A stretch of 64,000 bases of DNA, taken from positions 133,176,001 to 133,240,000 of the forward strand of contig OX597819.1 in assembly GCA_951406725.2 (NCBI GenBank), written 5' to 3'. The DNA comes from Octopus vulgaris. Taxonomy: Eukaryota. The notes under the pieces are model-generated. The model had not been told where the DNA came from. It saw nothing but the letters and a program-made list of their open reading frames with translations, and ran no database searches. A program made the translations under genes and the position numbers. Position 1 is the stretch's first letter. Every line of letters starts with the position of its first letter. This document shows positions 27,185 to 39,486 of the stretch, in pieces.

Positions 27185-28440
27185 ATACATGATGGCCGTC
27201 CATTCGTGACCGTGGAAGACCATTGCTGACCTTCAGGAACTTTGTGTGCTCTAGGACTAACTTATATTTTACATTTGTGGCTCCGTTGGTGGCTAACGAA
27301 CCCTGCTCTTGATAAGCATACAGCACTGCTACATTGCAGACCAAGTTTTCCCCATCCACTACACCAGCAGTGCGCTTTCGAGCAGCACACTTAAGTTCTT
27401 CATGAAGAATACGTACTTTTTCAAAGGTGTCGACTCCTTCTATAACCTGCTTCCTCCATCTGTGGCCATGTCCAAGCTTTGCTCTCCCAGACAGTCTCCT
27501 GTTTATCACAGGCCTTTAATGAGGACTTGACATAGTCCTTAAATCGCAGCCTTGGTTTATGTCAGGGTCTCTTTCCATTCACCAGTTCTCCATAGAGCAT
27601 CTGCTTAGGAATCCTTCTATCCTTCATTCTAATAAGGTGTCCAGTCCAACACCAGTGCTTGTGTACCATTGTCTCAATACTCAAGATATCAGCTTTCCTC
27701 AGGACCTGTGTGTCTGGAGTTTTTAAGGTCCAGCCAACATCAGAATGTGTCTGAGACATGTCTGATGAAAGCGTTGAAGGACCCTTACATGACGTTTGTA
27801 AAGGGTCCATGTCTCACATGAGTAAAGGAGCGGCGTCAGTATACATGCACGGTACACAGTAAATTTTGTTTGGTTTGTGATGCGATGCTGGGACCAGACA
27901 CGAGACTGAAGAGATCGGAAGGAATCAGTTGCTCTCTGCAGCCCGAAATATATTTCCTCATCCAGGGAGCAAGAACGGTTGAGTGTGCTTCCCAGGTGGA
28001 TAAACTTGTCTACCACTTTCAGAATTGTTCCTACAACCAAGATAGCTGGTTCCACATATAGATTTCCTGGTGCAGGCTGGAACATTACAACAGTCTTGTC
28101 CAGGCTAATGCTGAGTCCAAATGCCTTGCAAGCAGCAGAAATACGATTCATAAGTATTTGCATGTCGTCCACTGTATGAGTGACTAAGTCATCTGCATAA
28201 AGGAGGTCAGGAATAATAGACTGGAAAACAAATCGGTGCAGATTAAAGAGGTGGCTAGAAGATCGATACCTGACATATATTCCCAGAGAGCTAATCTTTG
28301 CAAAAGCATGAGTAAAAGCAGCAGCAAAGTACAGAGAAACGAGAGTTGGGGCAAGGATGTCACCCTGCTTGGCACCATTCTCTACAGGAATGGGTCCCGC
28401 CATGCCACCACCAACATTAATCCAAGTTTCCATCCCATCA
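27185..28440 (-). mobile_element. 5'-truncated RTE (BovB-like) LINE: RT C-terminal half and 3' end
   Basis: VENGAKQGDILAPTL; DLLYADD; FGLSISLDKT; VVDKFIHLGSTL; VYRACILTPLLYSCETWTLY; WTGHLIRMKDRRIPKQMLYGEL. Flanked by (TA)n on both sides. Confidence 0.95.
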
Positions 28441-28457
28441 TAAATATATATATATAT

Positions 28458-29740
28458 ATGTATAGTGTAAAAGACGGCGGCAATAAAAGTGAAATGAATC
28501 GTTAAAAAAGTTTGAACAAAAAATATTGCCGATTCTACAATGCCCCAGACACTAACAATCAAACGGAACATCATGCTAACAGAATAAAAAAGGCAACAGT
28601 CAAACATAAAAATAATAATAGGACAAATAACTGCACATGCCGTAGAAAATCCGCTTGTCCGCTCATGAACCAATGTACCCCCCAAAACATAGTATACAAA
28701 TGCACAATCTCTACATCCCAACATAAATACACGTACCACGAAAACCAATTCAAAGTCCGTTATTGCAACCACATCTCGTCATTTTGAAAAATAAACAGAC
28801 GACACGCGGCTTTACTGGCAGATCTCATATGGGGACAGAAAAAAATCAAAAATTAATTACCAAATGAAATGGTCAGTAATAAAAAGGGGACACCCATTTA
28901 ATTGGCTATCCGACAAATGTGACCTTTACCTTGAGGAAGCATTGAGTTTACTGCTGAGTAATGAGGGCCTGGTAAACAAGCATGAGAAAATTCCAAGGAG
29001 TAACCACCGCGCCAAATTTGCATTTTCAAGATGGAACAGCGTATAAAAATGATAATAATTATATATTCTATTTCACTTCACCCATCTTTTTCGCTCACGT
29101 CTATATGATGGAGTGTGTGTATATATGATGGAGTGCCCGATGATACACTTATGTGTATGAATATGAGTAGATATATGCATGTGCAATTAAGTGTGGGTGT
29201 AAATGTGTTTGTTGATCGATATGTGTGTGGGGGGATGCATGTGTGTATATACGTACGTATATATGTATATATATGTGTGTGTGTGTATATATGTATGTAT
29301 GGAGACGCCCAAGATGCAGTTGTGTGTATATGTGTGTCAGTGATTGTATGTGTATGAGAGTATGTGTGAGTGTATTTGCGAAATAATAAAATTTAGCTTG
29401 TGCAACCTGACATGTGAAACAAAGTGGACAGCCAATGTAAACAATGGCGCTCATGTCGAGCGTGCAGGGGCACGTTGACAGTGAGCAGAATGGAACTGCC
29501 AGAGTCTGCTAGATTCAGAAGAGCCAGTTGGATGTGTTAGCATCAAAGTCAAAGATTTACTAAAGGGGTCAGCGATTATATATCACCTGAGGAGATACAA
29601 CTGGATCCCATTATACAGGTAAACTGTTGCTTCATCTAAATCCTGTGTATATGTGGATCTATGCAGTCTCGAAACATGTGTGGTGTTTATTAAATGGCGG
29701 TCTAAACGTACTCCTTCCCGTTGACTATTTATTCAATATA
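28458..29740 (+). mobile_element. Penelope-like element 3' part: Cys-rich linker, GIY-YIG endonuclease and pLTR
   Basis: NCTCRRKSACPLMNQCTPQNIVYKCTI...FKVRYCNHISSF...MKWSVIKR...KCDLYLEEALSLL...LVNK...NHRAKF matches the PLE C-terminal pattern CNC...CP...C...NIVY / F..RY.NH..SF / C.LC.EE / LLNK...CRH. A hammerhead-like motif lies at 29582-29685. Confidence 0.88.
29582..29685 (+). ncRNA. Degenerate type I hammerhead with a long (~77 nt) stem II
   Basis: CTGAGGA (29587-29593)-GA...GGATCC..ATACAGG / CCTGTGT...GGATCT...TC-GAAA (29671-29674)-CATGT (palindrome ACATGT). The cleavage-site base is G, so it is probably inactive. Confidence 0.5.
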
Positions 29741-29759
29741 TATATATATGTATATTCGT

Positions 29760-30088
29760 GGCACTCCGTCGGTCACGACGATGACGAATGTTCCACTTGA
29801 TCCGATCAAACGAACAGTCTGCTCGTGAAATTAACGTATCTTAACACTCCAGATACGTGTAACCTTAATGTAGGTCTCGAGGAGATTCAACGTGACACAG
29901 AGTGTGACAAGGCTGGCCCTTTGAAATACAGGTACAACAGAAACATGAGGAAAAAGCGAAAGAAAGTTGTGGTGGAAAAGTACAGCAGGGTTCGCTACAG
30001 ACCTCTGCCGGAGCCTTGTGGAGCTTTGGGTGTTTTCACTCAATAAACACTCACAACGCCCGGTCTGGGAATCGAAACCACGATCCTA
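29760..30088 (-). mobile_element. tRNA-derived SINE (family C), A box truncated, RTE-like 3' tail
   Basis: The minus strand GGATCGTGGTTTCGATTCCCAGACCGGGCGTTGTG...AAAGCTCCAC matches 58565-58640. It ends GTCGTGACCGACGGAGTGCC. Confidence 0.85.
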
Positions 30089-30189
30089 TATATATATATT
30101 TATATATATATATACACATATATATATATATACAAAGAAATGCACAATAGCTGATCAAGAGAGCGTGGCACCGTGAGACTTTACACAGC

Positions 30190-30950
30190 AGTGATTTTAT
30201 GATATTCTGCAATTCTGTATTTTCAAGAAAGAGTTCAGGTACGGATGGTGATGTAATTTGTTAGTCATTTAGGGACAGGGAATTCTTTTCCTGACATTCC
30301 TGCTCCTTCACGCTCTCCGCTTTTACATCCTATGGAAACTTTCAGAATATTAATAATGTGAAAGTTACATGATTCTCAGAGGCTTGCAACGGCTTGAGAT
30401 TTGGGGAAAATAACACTTTAATGGCTGTTTCTGGGTTTCAAATATCCACTGACATTCTTTCAGTGTTTATGAGAATCTATCTTCATTGCCATTCCCTTGA
30501 TGCGACCATTTCATGACTGGAATACAAACCATCTACACTGAAAGACACGTTACATGAAGATCAAGCGATGGCTGCCGTTAAAATCATCATTTTGCCATAA
30601 CAGAATGTCATTTGTTTGGCGAAAATTGGAGTGAACTGCGCAATACCTGCTCAACAAAGTTCTCGTTGTGACCCCCCCCCCTTCCTAGAAGTAAAACCAA
30701 ATACTTCCCGTCACCAAATTTAGAGAAGCTAAATGATAAACAACGTCCTGTTTCTCCAGCTCTGATGAATGTAGTTGTTGCTGATGTAAGTGCACCTGAA
30801 ATTTCAATAACTTCTTTCCTTTATATCTTTTGCCTGTCTGTTAACAAACAGGCACCCACCGTCCTGTGCAGCTTGGATTGAAATAGCTACTACTTCCATC
30901 CAGAGGGAACGACAATTGACTTTGGCTTCAAGCTAAAAATTCCTTTTAAC
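30190..30950 (-). mobile_element. Possible decayed DNA-transposon C-terminus (Academ-like, Cys-rich tail)
   Basis: Remnants IRAGE, LH..RV and GCKSG loosely fit the AGE / LPPT..A..H..R / C.CK..C pattern. Weak. Confidence 0.25.
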
Positions 30951-30964
30951 TGAAACAAGTTTAG

Positions 30965-33405
30965 AGCGAGTCATCATTCAGAGAATAGAGAGAGGAGTCG
31001 ATCAGGCTGGATGCTGCAAGAAAAGAAGCACAATCGAGCAAATATTCATCCTTAGAAATATTCTATCAGGCCATCCCATAAGTCCTGTCTGAATTTTGAA
31101 TAAAGAAAACAAGTGATCAAATGTTATATTTAATTGAAATTTAATCATCAATGTACTTTCCCTGATTATCTATGACTTCCTTCCATCTATTTACAAGCTT
31201 TTTAATCCCATCAATGTAAAACTCTTTTGGCTTCAAAGCGAATAACTCTGAAATATCAGTTTCGACCTCCTCCTGGCTTGCGAAGTTTATGTCCCCCAAA
31301 TGATTCTGTAAACTACGAAACAAATAGTAGTATGAAGGAGCAAGGTCAGGAGAATAAGGTAGATGAGGAATTTTTCCCCAGCCATCTTTGCAGTGTGGGG
31401 ACGCCCATTGGCCTGATGAAACATCACTCCTTTGCGATTCACTAAAGTGGGTCTTTTTTCTTCAAAGCTTGATTCAAGCGTTCTAATTGTTGACAGTAGA
31501 CTTGAGCATTGATTGTTGCATTAGGTGGTAACAATTCAAAGTGAATTACTCCTTTGCAATCCCACCAGATAAAAGGAAGAAACATTTTCCCATGAAGTTC
31601 CCTTCGCGGTTGGGGTTGAGCATGTTCCCTTTCACCAAGACACTGTTTACGACATTTAACATTTTGATAGATCCATTTTTCGTCACCAGTCATAAGTCTA
31701 CCCAAAAAGATTGAAATGAGTTCACGAGAATGGAGAGAAGAGCAGATGTCGACTCAGGATTTGCGGTTGCTTTCGGACAATTCATGAGGCACCCATTTTC
31801 CAAGTTTAGCGAACCTTTCCAAGTTGTTGAAGATGACGATGAACAGTTATATGGTTTGAACTAAACTTTATTGCTAATTCTTCAACTGATAATGCAGGTT
31901 TTTCTTCAAGTAATACCTCAAGGAGCTTATCATCAAACTCAACTGGACGTCATGTTCGATCTTCATCTTCAAGGCTGAAATCTCCACTTCTCAATTTTGC
32001 AAACCATCTTCTGCAAGTTCTTTCATTCAAGCGTTCTTCCCATAAACTGAGTGTATGTTTCGGGTCGCTTCGGCTGCAGAGTTTCCTTTTTTGTACTGAT
32101 AAAGAATTATGTGCCTTAAATGCTCTTTGGATACTTCCATGTTAGAAAAGGTTTTAATCAAAGAAATTTTAATTCTATTATTCTGTAAAATGATATTTGA
32201 TTATTTAAAATGTACACAACTGCAAAAAAATAATTTTTAAATATATTAGACATTCTAAAAAACTACTAAATTTCATTCAATTTTTAAAAAGGTAAAATCG
32301 GACAGAACTTATGGGATAAATTGCATGTCCACTTGGTTCACTTTGAAAAATCTTCGACACAACTCAGTGCGAAGGAATCTGAAAAATGAGATCGTGTGGC
32401 ATTTCCGACAAGCTGACGAGGTTGGGACAGGTTATATACGACGATTTCAATTGTACAGTAGTTGACGGCGAGCATACGACGAGCAGATTTAAAGTTACAA
32501 CTGGTCAAGTCGGGATGTATTATATGAAGCTTCCTGTTTCTAATGGCGATAAACTGGTTTATGCAAAGAACAGCAGAAAGGCACTGGAAACGGCATTAGA
32601 TGGAACTTCATGAACACTCTCGAAGATCTCGACTTTGTGGACGACAGACGTAGTGTTGCTATAATCCACCTACGAACACATCCCCAGTAAGACACACAGA
32701 CTGGCAGAGAACGTTGACAGAATTGGACTTAAATTCAAACCAGAAAATGTAAACATTAAGAAATAATGGCAGACAACAAGCTCGTGTGGGAATTGGTGAC
32801 AACGAGGTGGAAAACGTCGAAGAATTGGTTTACGTCGGGGCGACAGTCAAGAGAGAAGGAGAGAAATCGGAAGATGTAAAGAACAGAATATCCAGAGCCT
32901 GGAGAACATTCTACAATCTAAAAAGGGTATGGAAAAGCACAGGTCGCTAAAGGAAGCTGAAGCTATTCAAGACATTAGCCCAAACCAGTATTGCCCTAGG
33001 GGTGGATGTAAAAAATGGAAACTGATGAAAATGGTAGAAAAATCAATGGACAGCTTCCGATTCCCATGCTCAAGTGGCCGTAAAGAGTCTGAAATGGCAC
33101 AATTGAGACGATAGCAGACATCAAGAAGGTCAGTGACGAAATAAGACGCTAACTCTGGAATGGATCGGACACATCCTCAGACAAGATGGAGAAAGCGATT
33201 GTATGGCGGTACTCAAGTGGTAAGTTGAGAGGAAAAGAGCGGCAGAATGCCCTAAAATCTCATGTCCTAAAACCTTATGACAGGGAATGGAGACACGAAT
33301 GAGAGTGGAGACATTTGAATGATAGCAGAACAGCTGCAGTAAACAGTGCTAGCTGGAGTAATCGTGTTGCGGCCTTGTGTGTCTAATGGCGCGGAGGGAA
33401 CTTGT
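30965..33405 (+). mobile_element. Decayed RTE-clade LINE split by a mariner insertion
   Basis: DQAGCCKKRSTIEQIFILRNIL precedes the mariner and LHVHLVHFEK follows it. Then LEDLDFVDD, EVENVEELVYVGA, DVKNRISRA and WIGHILR. Confidence 0.85.
31066..32324 (-). mobile_element. Full-length mariner (DD34D) element; transposase pseudogene at 31141-32140
   Basis: TIR cores ATCCCATAAGTCCTGTCTGA / TCGGACAGAACTTATGGGAT. Peptide MEVSKEHLRHIILYQYKKGNSAAEATRNI...WVPHEL...MTGDEKW...WWDCKGVIHFELL...YSPDLAPSYYYLFRSLQNHL...RWKEVIDNQGKYIDD, with frameshifts and deletions. Confidence 0.95.
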
Positions 33406-33849
33406 TTACTGTTAATAAGGGACAGCAAATACATTTTTTATGACGTTGATACCTCAACCTGGTTTTAGCTGTGAACAAAAACTGTGTTGCGCTTTAAAGA
33501 TTTCGCTTATTGTATTCAAAATGCAATCATTAATTTCCTGGCCCCTTATCTAATTTTGCTACTTCGTTTAGTTTCGAGTTAAGAAACTTATTTTTTACAT
33601 TTACCTGTTTCAAGTGTAAATCTAATTCCTCCGTAATATTTTTAGTCAGAAGTTGTAACATTTGGTCGTGTCCTGCAGCTTTCCAGATGTTTTGCTTTGG
33701 CATCACTCGCGTTCCTTCCACCTCTCCTATTATTATGGGTGTCCGAAGTTGTTTAGGTGAGGTTATTGTTGGATTCTTTCATCTTTTCTAAGGCAGTTAC
33801 TTCGCAGCTCGTAAGCCTTCCTAGAATTCTTCTTCTTCTTCTCATTATT

Positions 33850-34058
33850 GAGGCAGCGAAATCTTCAGCACGTCGGGCAAAATGCTTAGCAGTATTTCGT
33901 CCGTCATCCTTGCGTTATGAATTCGAATTCCGCCTAAGTCGACTTTGCCTTTATCTTTTGCATTCAATAAAATAAATACCAGTCAAGTGCTGGGGTCGAT
34001 GTAATCGACTCCCTCCCTTCCCCGAAATGACTGGCTTTGGGCCAAATTTTGAAACCGT
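33850..34058 (+). mobile_element. SINE family A, near full length
   Basis: GAGGCAGCG...AAATGCTTAGCAGTATTTCGTCCG...GAATTCGAATTCC (B-box-like)...GTCGACTTTGCC...GGGGTCGATGTAATCGAC...TTTGAAACC, then a trinucleotide tail. Confidence 0.8.
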
Positions 34059-34084
34059 TACTACTACTACTACTACTACTGCTA

Positions 34085-34116
<32 letters not shown>

Positions 34117-34201
34117 CTAGCTCCTCCTCCTTCTCCTCCTCCTCCTCCTCCTCCTCCTCCTCCTCCTCCTCCTACTACTACTACTACTACTACTGCTGCT
34201 G

Positions 34202-34239
<38 letters not shown>

Positions 34240-34279
34240 GCTGCTGCTGCTACTACTACTACTACTTCTGCTGCTGCTG

Positions 34280-34326
<47 letters not shown>

Positions 34327-34488
34327 GCTGCTGCTCTATCTCCTGCTCCTCCTCCTACTACTACTACTGCTGCTGTTGCTACTACTACTACTACTACTAC
34401 TGTTGCTACTACTACTACTACTACTACTGCTGCTGCTGCTACTGCTACTACTACTACTACTACTACTGCAACTACTACTACCACCACA
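34059..34488. repeat. Compound (ACT/GCT/CCT)n microsatellite expanded from the SINE tail
   Basis: In-phase NCT triplets begin exactly at the SINE 3' end. Confidence 0.95.
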
Positions 34489-34811
34489 GTTTCCTTGTTA
34501 TTTCATTACCGCTGTCATGTTCATCAATGAATCTCACGATTGTCGCCGAGATGATAATCACCACCAACATCACAATCAATAAACACCCCCGCCCAATACC
34601 CGCTGGCATAGCATCCCCTTATGTTTGATGTCGCTGTCCCAGCTTTACCTCGACTCCCTCTAACCTGAAACAAATATCATTCTCTTATTATTCTTATCGA
34701 AATCATTAAGTGAAGCATTTTTTGAATCGAAAGCCTTATTAAGAACTGTTGCTCTTCAAGAGAATGATTGAGAACAATAAATACAGCTGTAGCCTAAGTT
34801 AATGTTGTTTT

Positions 34812-35180
34812 CAGAAAGAAGGGATTACCATTGAAAGCCCCGTTCCGTCTCAGTTCTGTTCTTGAAGAAGACTTTAACCATTCTCAATCCAGCAAGAACA
34901 CCAGCACCGCCAAGAAATACACTTCTATGAAGACCACCGCCATTAGATTGCTTCTCAGCAGACTCTGCTCCTACTGAAACACATTCAGGTACAGACACGT
35001 ACAGACACCCGTATCTCCTCTCGGCATCAAATCCCTTCGTCCACGAACCCTTGTCAAGAAGCCATTACAAAAGGTCGGTATTGAGGCGGCGAGCTGGCAG
35101 AAGCGTTAGGACGGCGGACAAAGTTTTCTTCAATAACAGAAGGGAGTCAGAACGGGGCTTTCAATGGTAATCTCTTCTTA
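34812..35180. repeat. ~65-bp inverted repeat with a ~240-bp spacer containing a SINE A head fragment (35083-35120)
   Basis: GATTACCATTGAAAGCCCCGTTC...TTGAAGAAGACTTT versus AAAGTTTTCTTCAA...GAACGGGGCTTTCAATGGTAATC. Confidence 0.8.
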
Positions 35181-35489
35181 CAACTTGCACCATCCCTTGT
35201 TAACCCTTTCCCCAACACTTCGAGTCTCTATGTGAGTGTGTTTGTGGGTGGGTGGATGCTTGGATGCGTGTACGTGCACGCTTCTTTTGAATTTTGTTAG
35301 TAAAAAATGTTTTTACTGTAGAACAGCGATACAAATAATTTGAGTAAATCCCTCGCGAATTAAAGGCAATTCTGCAACGAACCAAAAAAAAAGGAAAAGA
35401 AGAATACACAGACATTTAGTAATATAAAATCTTAATACCAATAAAAAAAAAAACAGATCGATGAAAAATTCGTGACACTGTGCTACTTG

Positions 35490-35490
35490 T

Positions 35491-35552
<62 letters not shown>

Positions 35553-35553
35553 T
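35490..35553. repeat. (TAC)n microsatellite
   Basis: Direct reading. Confidence 0.95.
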
Positions 35554-37282
35554 CTTTTACATTGGTAGACACATAATAACAACAGTTTACAATAGTAACG
35601 TATTCTCACCAAGTTATTGAATAATCAGTAAGTTTCGAGTCAGAAAATCCCCAGGCATCGTAGAATATTATTTTGTTTTGGAAAAGGTTAACTTTATTAA
35701 ACTGAATTCAAAGAATGAAAGCACGAAATGTGAACAGAACGGTAAGACTAACTTCAGCAAGAATAACTAACAACAACATGAAGAACTGTCAGAGCACTCG
35801 ATACAAATTGGGAAACGAAGAACAAGAAAGACACCAACACAATGAACATATCTCTACTATAACAAACATAATGGGGAAGTTAAAAGACAAACACATTTAC
35901 TGTAATAGGAATGTAAAGGAGAGAAACCGACAGGAACATTGAAATGATTGGTAATGGTGTCTCTTGTGCGAGATAGAACAAACTCAAATAGTTAATATAG
36001 ATTTTGGAATGTTGAAGAATATTGAAGCTGCCAATGTCAGACAATGACATTAGTTTCAGTACATTAACTCACTTTTACTGCGCCAAATATGAATTCGAGT
36101 TGGTGTCAGACAAGCTTCATTAAAAAAAAAATCTCGATATATTATTTGTAATTCTTATTTTGTTAATCTAAATGAACTAAAATCTAAAGTCGATATCATT
36201 TTTCAGAATTCTCATCAAATTGGAGATAAAGTAATTCGTTTCCCTACAAAGCAGTGTAATATTTATTTCAAAAACTGATTTAAAGCTAGAGTTTTATGAA
36301 GGAGAAATACTGTGACTTGAACGAACGTTCTGTCCATAACAAGTATTTCTTTTAGCGACAACTGAAGGCTGACAGTAAATGTTCATCTCGGAGGAATTTG
36401 AAATACGAGAGTAATTCAAAATTGCTATAAAACTCAGACTATTTTACCGAGCGCTTGCAATTACTGTCATGTCATACTCTTTACACGTTCTGTTATCACT
36501 CAAGCATAAAAATACTGGTTCCACTCCAAACATTGCAATTCATTTTGAAACAGGCAAACCATTGCTATGTAACAAAGCGCTTGTGTACCATTGTTACAAT
36601 TAACTGGGCCAACCAACTTACAGCCAGGGTAATTGCGCCCTGGGGTTTAAGGCTGTTTTCTTTAGCTTTAAGTCAACTATTATCAAGCAAACCGTTAATA
36701 ATTTACGCTCCAATTATGACCACCCCAGGTTATCAGTTTAAGAAATATTTTGGAAAATTCTAGGCCGGTCATGGTTTCAATGATCCTTTTGATTTGGTTT
36801 GAAAGGTTTGCTAAATCAGACTAACAAGAACAACAACAACAATTATACCTCTCAACAACTAAACACTGCACAGTTTAGCTGTTCATTGGTCAAGCAAAGC
36901 GTTGCCCAGTTCAATTTTACTCTGTTACATATGCTCCCTGTTATAGATTAAACGTAGTTTATTATAAAAGAAAACGTATATTTCTAATATTAGTATTAAA
37001 CGTTGAAGATGCAATTTGACATTTCAGAAATGAAAAATATGACGACTGATAAAAGTCGAAGTTTCACGAAACATTTTATCGTATTTTGTTTCTGTTTAAT
37101 TTTTAGTTAAGTATAATGAGTGAATTGTGATTTCATACCAGGAGAAAATGATAAAAAGCGATTCAGACGTCCATAGACAAGTATGAAGAAACATACTGTA
37201 GGAATACAGATGTAATATTTGATCAATTACGCTGAACACATTGATGGTGTGTGTATATACATACATACATATATATATATAT

Positions 37283-37503
<221 letters not shown>

Positions 37504-37513
37504 CGGGGGAGAC

Positions 37514-38100
37514 ATACTTCATTTAAAAGCAGCAGAAATATAACAAAAGTTGTTACTCAGAGTTTCACGTTCCCATTCGTCGGACAGTTTTGTTAAAATA
37601 GAACAGAAATGATGATATAATCAAAACTAGTTAAAAATGGATTTGTTTCATTGGTCTTTTCAATTAACGGTCTTAAGCATGCAATGAACAAAATAAATGA
37701 TTGTAAAATCGAAGAAAATCTTAAATCGAAGAGTAGATTCAAGATAAATGTTGTAAATAATTATATACGAAATATAAGTCAATTAATACATTAAAATTAA
37801 AATGTTCACGCTGCATTACATAAGTATTTTACAACAGTATATACGCATACTAGACCTTCTATAATGTACATATTTACATCAGAATACACAGATGCATTTT
37901 AAAAGTGTTTCCTTTAACTAATTTTCATTTTATCGTCATTTCTGTCCCATTTTAATAAAACTGTCAGACGAACGAGAACGTGCGACTCTGAGCAACAGAT
38001 TTTGCTATATTTCTGCTGCTTTTAAATAAGGCATATTACTCTGCCTCTGATATTTGAGTAGTCTTTTTTTCCACCTTGTTTCACATTCATGTGCTTACTC
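37514..38100. mobile_element. Fold-back PLE-terminus-like element: ~120-bp inverted arms (37514-37634, 37913-38036), each with a decayed hammerhead
   Basis: The combined arm sequence is CTGT-C[C/A]GACGA-ACG-ggaa-CGT-GAAA-CTC-t-GAG-TA-ACAG, at 37550-37587 (minus) and 37961-37998 (plus). Confidence 0.8.
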
Positions 38101-38123
38101 CGGTATATATATATATATATATG

Positions 38124-38341
38124 GTGGTGACTGGTGACCCCCTTCGGTCAGACACTGACCATGGGTTTGCACCTAGAGAGTTACCCTCTAAGGCACAAGT
38201 CTGGGCAAGGTTGTTTTTTATGGAAGACCAGCAGTCGCCCATTCATACTGGCCTCCCCTCTCCACGTCACCGATGTTGTCCAAGGGAAAGGCAAGGGCCG
38301 ATACAGCTTGGCACCTGTGACGTCGCAACTCATTTCTACAG
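38124..38341. mobile_element. Short GC-rich interspersed repeat (RTE-associated/SINE-like) inserted in (TA)n
   Basis: A discrete GC-rich block bounded by (TA)n on both sides. The family assignment is from recollection only. Confidence 0.5.
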
Positions 38342-38404
<63 letters not shown>

Positions 38405-38515
38405 TGGCCTGCTCGCTTAGCCAGCGGGGTGGCGTCATTCGAAGGCTAAAACAATGCGAATGCATTGTGACTAGCGATGTGTAACAACATCTGATGGTCT
38501 GGTCGGTCACGTGAT

Positions 38516-38522
<7 letters not shown>
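38405..38522 (+). mobile_element. Short retroposon 3'-end fragment with a (CACGTGAT)n tail
   Basis: Inverted copy of 37283-37396, ending GTCACGTGATCACGTGATATA. Confidence 0.8.
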
Positions 38523-38560
<38 letters not shown>

Positions 38561-38620
38561 ATTTATATATATATACATACACATACATACATACATTATA
38601 TATATATATATATATATATA

Positions 38621-38670
<50 letters not shown>

Positions 38671-38774
38671 TGTGTGTGTGAGTGTGTGTGTGCAATATAG
38701 GATAAAATCTTTTCGAAAAAAATTTTATCAATGGCCAGCATATTAAAAAATACCTTTAAGGGTTAAATTTATAA

Positions 38775-39379
38775 ACAATTTATAAACAAGGGCAAAAGAA
38801 AAACAATTCTAATGCCAAATATGCCGAAACAAGACACATCGTCCATAACCATATAAGTCATCACTATAAGCATGTCTCTCGAAGAAAGCCGACAGAATTT
38901 TCTAAAAAATTCCGTTATTACCATATCGGACACAATTTCAGAGTTAATTCATAAGAACCTTCTCTTCGTCATTGATAAATGCGGCAAAGGAATAAATTAA
39001 ATACTTACTTATACCCAGGGAAGAAGCAACTCTTTGAGAGTTTTCAGTTCGAATCGCACGTGTCTCAAATGGGCTGGAGAATTTCTGTTGTGGATATATT
39101 TGGGGTACTTAATTGTGTTCATGACTTAGTGTTTGCTTCTTCCATGTATTTCCATGTATTTCATTTATACCTTTGCCGCATTTATCACTGACGAAGAGAA
39201 GGTTCTTATGAACTAACTCTGAAATCGGGTCCGATATGGTAAAAACGGAATTTTTAGAGATTTCTGTCAGCTTTCTTCGAGACGCATGCTTATAGTGATG
39301 AATTATATGGTTATGGACGATGTGTCTAGTTTCGGCATATTTGGCATAAGAAATTTTTTTCTTTTGCCCTTGTTTATAA

Positions 39380-39384
<5 letters not shown>
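38775..39384. mobile_element. Fold-back element: ~230-bp inverted arms (38775-39004, 39156-39384) with a ~150-bp spacer
   Basis: The arms align as reverse complements along their length, with scattered substitutions. Confidence 0.9.
39183..39236 (+). ncRNA. Type I hammerhead ribozyme motif with a canonical core
   Basis: TATCA-CTGACGA-AGAG(aag)GTTC-ttat-GAAC(taa)CTCT-GAAA-TCGG-GTC-CGATA. Stem I has one mismatch next to the cleavage site. The mirrored copy in the left arm has ATGACGA. Confidence 0.65.
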
Positions 39385-39427
<43 letters not shown>

Positions 39428-39431
39428 AGAG

Positions 39432-39486
<55 letters not shown>

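Noticed and set aside
27723-28772. 349-aa ORF as a single gene
   Set aside because: Chance read-through from the antisense strand of a PLE fragment, across (TA)n, into a truncated RTE RT.
33951-34582. Mucin-like Thr/Pro/Ala-rich or poly-Val ORFs
   Set aside because: Trinucleotide expansion of a SINE tail. The start codon lies inside the SINE.
35715-35942. PLE endonuclease fragment (STITNIMGKLKDKHI)
   Set aside because: A single short resemblance to T.LS..IW.LK with no supporting motifs.
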